A stretch of 64,000 nucleotides of DNA from Eledone cirrhosa (lineage: Eukaryota). Location of the stretch: assembly GCA_964016885.1 (NCBI GenBank), contig OZ024742.1, positions 250,914,001 through 250,978,000 on the forward strand, given 5' to 3'. Position 1 is the first letter of the stretch. Each line of letters begins with the position of its first letter. Positions 56,437 to 64,000 of the stretch are shown piece after piece. The translations under genes were made by a program, and so were the position numbers. The notes below the pieces were generated by a model. The model ran no database searches and was not told the DNA's origin. It saw nothing but the letters and a program-made list of their open reading frames with translations.

Positions 56437-56592
56437 ATAAAATATTAAAAAAATAATGAATAAAACAATGAAACAGTTCCTTATATTAAACAAAAAAAGT
56501 TCATTATTTAACGATCGTTAAATAATGAACTTTTTTTGTTTAATATAAGGAACTGTTTCATTGTTTTATTCATTATTTTTTTAATATTTTAT
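56437..56592. repeat. Perfect spacerless palindrome of about 156 bp
   Basis: Centre ACGA|TCGT at 56514/56515; 78-bp arms. Confidence 0.92.
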
Positions 56593-58490
<1,898 letters not shown>

Positions 58491-58970
58491 ATCATCATCA
58501 TCATCATCATCAACGTTTAACGTCCGTGTTCCACGCTTGCATGGGTTTGGACGGGGGTAGTCCCACTTGAGGCAAGAGTGATTGTCTTGCTCGCATAGGA
58601 CTGTCTGGCAGGTTTTCTACAGTTGGATGCCCTTCCTAACACCAACCACATTTACAGTGTGGGTCTGGGAGGTTTTTACCGTGTTGCCTACACGGCCACA
58701 TTACAGCGTGGACTGTGTGTTTTTTTGTCGTGACACCTACACGATCTCATTTGTTTCGGCCTCGATGGCGCGGCACCAACATAACTTTACATAGAACGGG
58801 GTGGTGTGGATGGGGTGGGGGTGGTGGTGGTGGGACGGGGTGTATTTTGTTAGAGATGCCTACTGGCTGGAGTAGGTTTTACTATATATTTAGGTAAGGC
58901 GGGTCTTCTCTGTTACTGAGTACCGCCAAAGGTCTCGGTCCAGTGACATTGTCTTGGAGAGGTGTAAGTG

Positions 58971-58971
<1 letters not shown>
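58491..58971 (-). mobile_element. RTE family A 3' fragment
   Basis: Near-identical to 27097-27576. Confidence 0.92.
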
Positions 58972-59006
<35 letters not shown>

Positions 59007-59007
59007 C

Positions 59008-59052
<45 letters not shown>

Positions 59053-59142
59053 CATATATATATACATATATATATATACATATATATATACACATATATA
59101 TATACATATATATATATACATATATATATGTATATATATATG

Positions 59143-59174
<32 letters not shown>

Positions 59175-59281
59175 TATGAGGGCGACCGGCTGAGGTTGAA
59201 GGAACAGAATAGCGGTCGCCCTCGGGTTTCGATTTTCAGCCCCATGGATTTTACCTATTACATTCACGTATTATATTTCGA

Positions 59282-59339
59282 ATACCTGATGATATCACCG
59301 GATTCATACGGAACCCGGTCATTGAAATGATCATAGTAT
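59282..59339 (+). ncRNA. Type I hammerhead ribozyme
   Basis: ATAC-CTGATGA-tATcACCGG...CCGGTcATt-GAAA-TGATCA-TA-GTAT; palindromic ATGATCAT stem III; inside a TA-flanked insert of about 220 bp. Confidence 0.72.
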
Positions 59340-59397
59340 AATAAACCTTTCAAGGATTTACACAAATCCAGCCTCCTGTCATTTCATTATAATTATT

Positions 59398-60281
<884 letters not shown>

Positions 60282-60282
<1 letters not shown>

Positions 60283-60550
60283 TATTGTTATACTTGGGGA
60301 GGGTCATATTTGCGTAATATTGCCAGAATTAATAACAGAACACACTCACTGCGTTTTTGTCTGTATTGTATCTGTATTATTTTTGACCGTCGGTCAGTCA
60401 ATGGCAACAATGAGGACCGAGTAAGTTAGATCGCAGATATAAAAGACAGCGAGAAGCAAAAACCAAACAAACCAACCAAACAGTGAGTGTGTTCTGTTAT
60501 TAATTCTGGCAATATTACGCAAATATGACCCTCTCCAAGTATAACAATAT
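60282..60550. repeat. Fold-back element with about 69-bp inverted arms
   Basis: 60282-60350/60481-60550; a related terminus lies at 36469-36513. Confidence 0.82.
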
Positions 60551-60597
60551 CTGTTTCGACACACGATTTCATATAAAAAACCTCGCTAAACTAATTC

Positions 60598-60648
<51 letters not shown>

Positions 60649-60775
60649 CATATATATATATATGTATATATTTACATATATATATATACATATATGTATA
60701 TATTTACATATATATATATACATATATGTATATATTTACATATATATATATATATATATGTATATACATATATGT

Positions 60776-60806
<31 letters not shown>

Positions 60807-60867
60807 GGTTTAGCGTCCGTGTTCCACGCTTGCATGGATGATGATGATACATATATTTACATATATG

Positions 60868-61210
60868 TATCATCATCATCATTATCATTTTACGTCCACT
60901 TTTCCCTGCTTGCAAGGGTGGGACGGGAACTGATTCTGGCTTGATTTCTACAGCTGGATGCCCTTCCTAACACCAACCTCCTTTACAGTGAGTGCTGGGT
61001 GCTTTTTTGCCGTGGCACCTCCACGACCACTTTGCAGTGGAATGATATGGACCCTAGTCCCTATCATTTCATTTCTACAGCTGAGTAAACTGGAGCAATG
61101 TGAAATAAAGTGTCTTGCTCAAGGAAACAACACATCACCCGGTCTGGGAATTGAACTCACATCCTTTCGATTGCAAGGCCAATGCTCTAACCACTAAGCC
61201 ATGTGCCTCC
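60868..61210 (-). mobile_element. Chimeric tRNA-derived SINE
   Basis: Reverse complement of 13100-13440. Confidence 0.9.
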
Positions 61211-61240
61211 ATGTATATATATATATATTTACATATATGT

Positions 61241-61583
61241 GGAGGCACATGGCTTAGTTGTTAGAGCATTGGCCTTGCAATCGAAAGATTGTGAGTTCAA
61301 TTCTCAGACCGGGTGATTTGTTGTTTCCTTGAGCAAGACACTTTACTTCACATTGCTCCAGTTTCCTCAGCTGTAGAAATGAGATGATTGGAACTGGGGT
61401 CCCTATCATTCCACTGCAAAGTGGTCGTGGAGGTGCCACAGCAAAAAAGCACCCAGCACTCACTGTAAAGGAGGTTGGTGTTAGGAAGGGCATCCAGCTG
61501 TAGAAATCAAGCCAGAATCAGTTCCCGTTCCACCCTTGCAAGCAGGGGAAAAGTGGACGTAAAATGAAATGATGAATGATGAT
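61241..61583 (+). mobile_element. Chimeric tRNA-derived SINE
   Basis: Near-identical to 13100-13440. Confidence 0.9.
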
Positions 61584-61688
61584 ATATATATATATATTTA
61601 TATATATGTATATATATATATATATATTTACATATATGTATATATATATATATATATATTTACATATATGTATATATATATATTTACA

Positions 61689-61743
<55 letters not shown>

Positions 61744-61781
61744 ATTTACATATACGTATATATGTATGTATATATACAGTT

Positions 61782-61860
61782 GTCTCTGTGGCCTAGCGGT
61801 AGGTACTAGAGACTGTAGGTACTTGAGATCTTAGTCTTGGGTTCAATCCTGGTCAAGAGG
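61782..61860 (+). pseudogene. tRNA-like relic (Tyr-GTA-like, possible intron remnant) or SINE head
   Basis: A box TGGCCTAGCGG; GACTGTAG-gtacttgag-ATCTTAG; B box GGTTCAATCC; poor acceptor stem. Confidence 0.4.
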
Positions 61861-61907
61861 TACATGTAATATTTACATATATATTCACACTCACACACAC
61901 ACACATA

Positions 61908-62238
61908 TCATCATCATCATCATCATCACCGTTTTACGTCCGTTCTTCCACGCTAGCATGGGTTAGACGGGTTGTCCTGTTGTGGGCAGTGTCTGGTCGG
62001 CTGACCATGCCTTGCTCATACAGGAACTGATCTGGCTTGATTTCTACAGCTGGATGCCCTTCCTAACACCAACCTCATTTACAGTGAGTGCTGGGTGCTT
62101 TTTCGTGGCGCCTACACGTCCACTTTACAGTGTGGGCTGGGTGCTTTTTTGCCGTGGTACCTCCACGACCACCTTGCGGTGGGGGGGGGGGGGGGCATAT
62201 TGTTTATATGCTTCAGCATGTACCCATGGGAGGTCGGA
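61908..62238 (-). mobile_element. RTE family C 3' fragment
   Basis: Near-identical to 35183-35510. Confidence 0.9.
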
Positions 62239-62330
62239 TATATATATATATATATATATATATAATAAATGTTTATATATACATGTACATGCACACACAC
62301 ACACGCATACACACACATATATATATATTG

Positions 62331-62416
62331 AGTTACACACGTTTCACAGAGGATTTGCTCAAGGTAACCCATATGAGTTATAGACCCGACCCCAGTATTG
62401 ATCTACTCATCAGACT
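62331..62416 (-). ncRNA. Type I hammerhead, long stem II
   Basis: Minus strand: AGT-CTGATGA-GTAGA...TCTGT-GAAAC-GTGT-GTA-ACT; intact core. Confidence 0.72.
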
Positions 62417-62479
62417 GGTGATGTGACAAAAAATATATATGTAAACGAAACTTTCTCTTTTTTTTAAGTACCAAAACTG

Positions 62480-63472
62480 ACAGATTTAAAATTACGCCCA
62501 ATTGTTGCTGGTCCAGCCACAAGCACACATCTAAGAAACTCATTAGACATCATACTGAAACGCTTATGTAAAAAAGTGCCAAGCTTCATCAGAGATGATA
62601 TGGAATTCCCGAACTATATCCCCCAGAAAGTAGAAATTGAAGCTGTTGACTTCTGGATTACATTTCAGATAGATTCCCAAAACTGTTTATTTTGGAAGGA
62701 CTTAAATTAGTATTGGAGAACAACCACTTCTTCTTTGATAACGAAACGTATTTACAAATAAAAGGAATGGCCATGGGCACCAAAGTAGCGCCAACATGTG
62801 CAACACTCATTATGGGTCACCTAGAGGTAAAATTATATTCAGGAAACATTCAGTCCCGACTTTGCCACTTACATTAATAACAACTGGAAACCTAGACAAG
62901 TGCTTCATCTTCTAGAATAGAAGCCAAGAAGACCTGAAAAGATTCCATTCCATCATAAACAGGCTTTACGAAGCAATACAAATGACCATGGAATATAATA
63001 AAAAGGAACTACAATTTCTGGATATCCTTATCATTAAAGAAGGGGAAAATATCAAAACAGACCTATTTTACAAACCAACAGATACACACCAATACTTGAA
63101 TTTCCGATCAGCACACCCCCTCACATACCAAAAGGAACATTCCCTTTAACATGGTAAGACGCATTTGCACCATAGTAACACACGCCATACTACAAGAAAA
63201 GAGATTATATGAACTAAAAAGGTTCCTTAAAAGACAAGAATAACTGGTGAACCTTATCAATACGGCCATCTCCAAAGCCCAGAACATCCCAGTGACAACA
63301 CTGAAAAAAACAAAGCAACAAAATAAAAAGGAAAACACAGTTATCCCTTTTGTCACAACCCAAGGAACTTCAACATTGTGAAAGGCACTAAACAATATCT
63401 CCCGATTCTACAGCAGTCCCCTAAAATAAATGCACTCATAAAAGACACACAAATAATATATAGTAGACGCCA
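62480..63472 (+). pseudogene. Penelope-like RT relic
   Basis: LRPIVAGP, FIRD, NNHFFFDNETYLQIKGMAMGTKVAP, LQFLDI, FYKPTDTHQYL, KRNIPF; frameshifted. Confidence 0.88.
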
Positions 63473-63475
63473 AGC

Positions 63476-64000
63476 TCACCGAGATCTGACCAGGATGTAG
63501 TCAATCTGATTGGCCGTTCTTCCGTCATTGGATCGCCACATGACGAGGTGACACCGAGGATGTTGGAACCGGGTGTTGGTGATGATAAGACGATTGACAT
63601 CCACGAAGGACACGAGCCATTCACCATTGACACAGTGTACGCCTAGGGCGAAGCATCCTAGAATATGCCGTGTTGTAGCATCAGCCGGCCCCGTCCGCGC
63701 ATTCCAGTCCCCAGCGACAATGAGAACATCACTGAAGAGGACGCCATCCATGGTTGTTTGGAGATCGGTATAGAACTGCGTCTTGTCCGCATTGAGTGTG
63801 GGAGCATAGGTGGAAATTACGCTGACGTTGGAGATTTGACCCCTCAATCGAACCAGCACGAGTTGGTGTGAGATCGGCTGTCACGCCAGCAGAGCCGCTT
63901 GTGCGTCGGGGCTAGGCGCTACAGCGACCCTGTGAAGGCCACTGTTGTCAGTCACGCCACTATGGTACAAGTGGTAGGAGATATCCTCGCCAGGAACTTT
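63476..64000 (-). mobile_element. RTE-clade APE endonuclease fragment (runs off the window)
   Basis: VISTYAPT, IVAGDWNARTG, ITNTRF, TANQIDYILV. Confidence 0.88.

Overview
AT-rich eukaryotic DNA made almost entirely of transposable elements and microsatellites. The repeat families and (TA)n/(GAT)n landscape suggest an octopus-like cephalopod (inference). No intact host gene is recognisable, and the long YI/YM/HT-rich ORFs are translations of (TA)n/(TACA)n arrays. Contents: (1) at least 3 RTE-clade LINE families with (GAT)n tails, nearly all inserted in (TA)n; where that region is present, a C4HC3 PHD-like finger lies inside the RT; (2) four Tx1/L1-like copies, all abutting (ATCT)n on their sense strand; (3) CR1/L2-like relics; (4) a chimeric tRNA-headed SINE; (5) piggyBac-like and Tc1/mariner-like MITEs; (6) Penelope-like RT and GIY-YIG fragments. 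The most striking signal is about 15 type-I hammerhead ribozyme motifs, folded by eye, in largely unrelated short non-coding elements, many of them fold-backs. They include a retrozyme-like unit at 30957-31796: two 246-bp direct repeats, each with a U3-A8 variant hammerhead, spaced to release a 594-nt RNA. All coordinates and folds were read by eye, and element boundaries are approximate.
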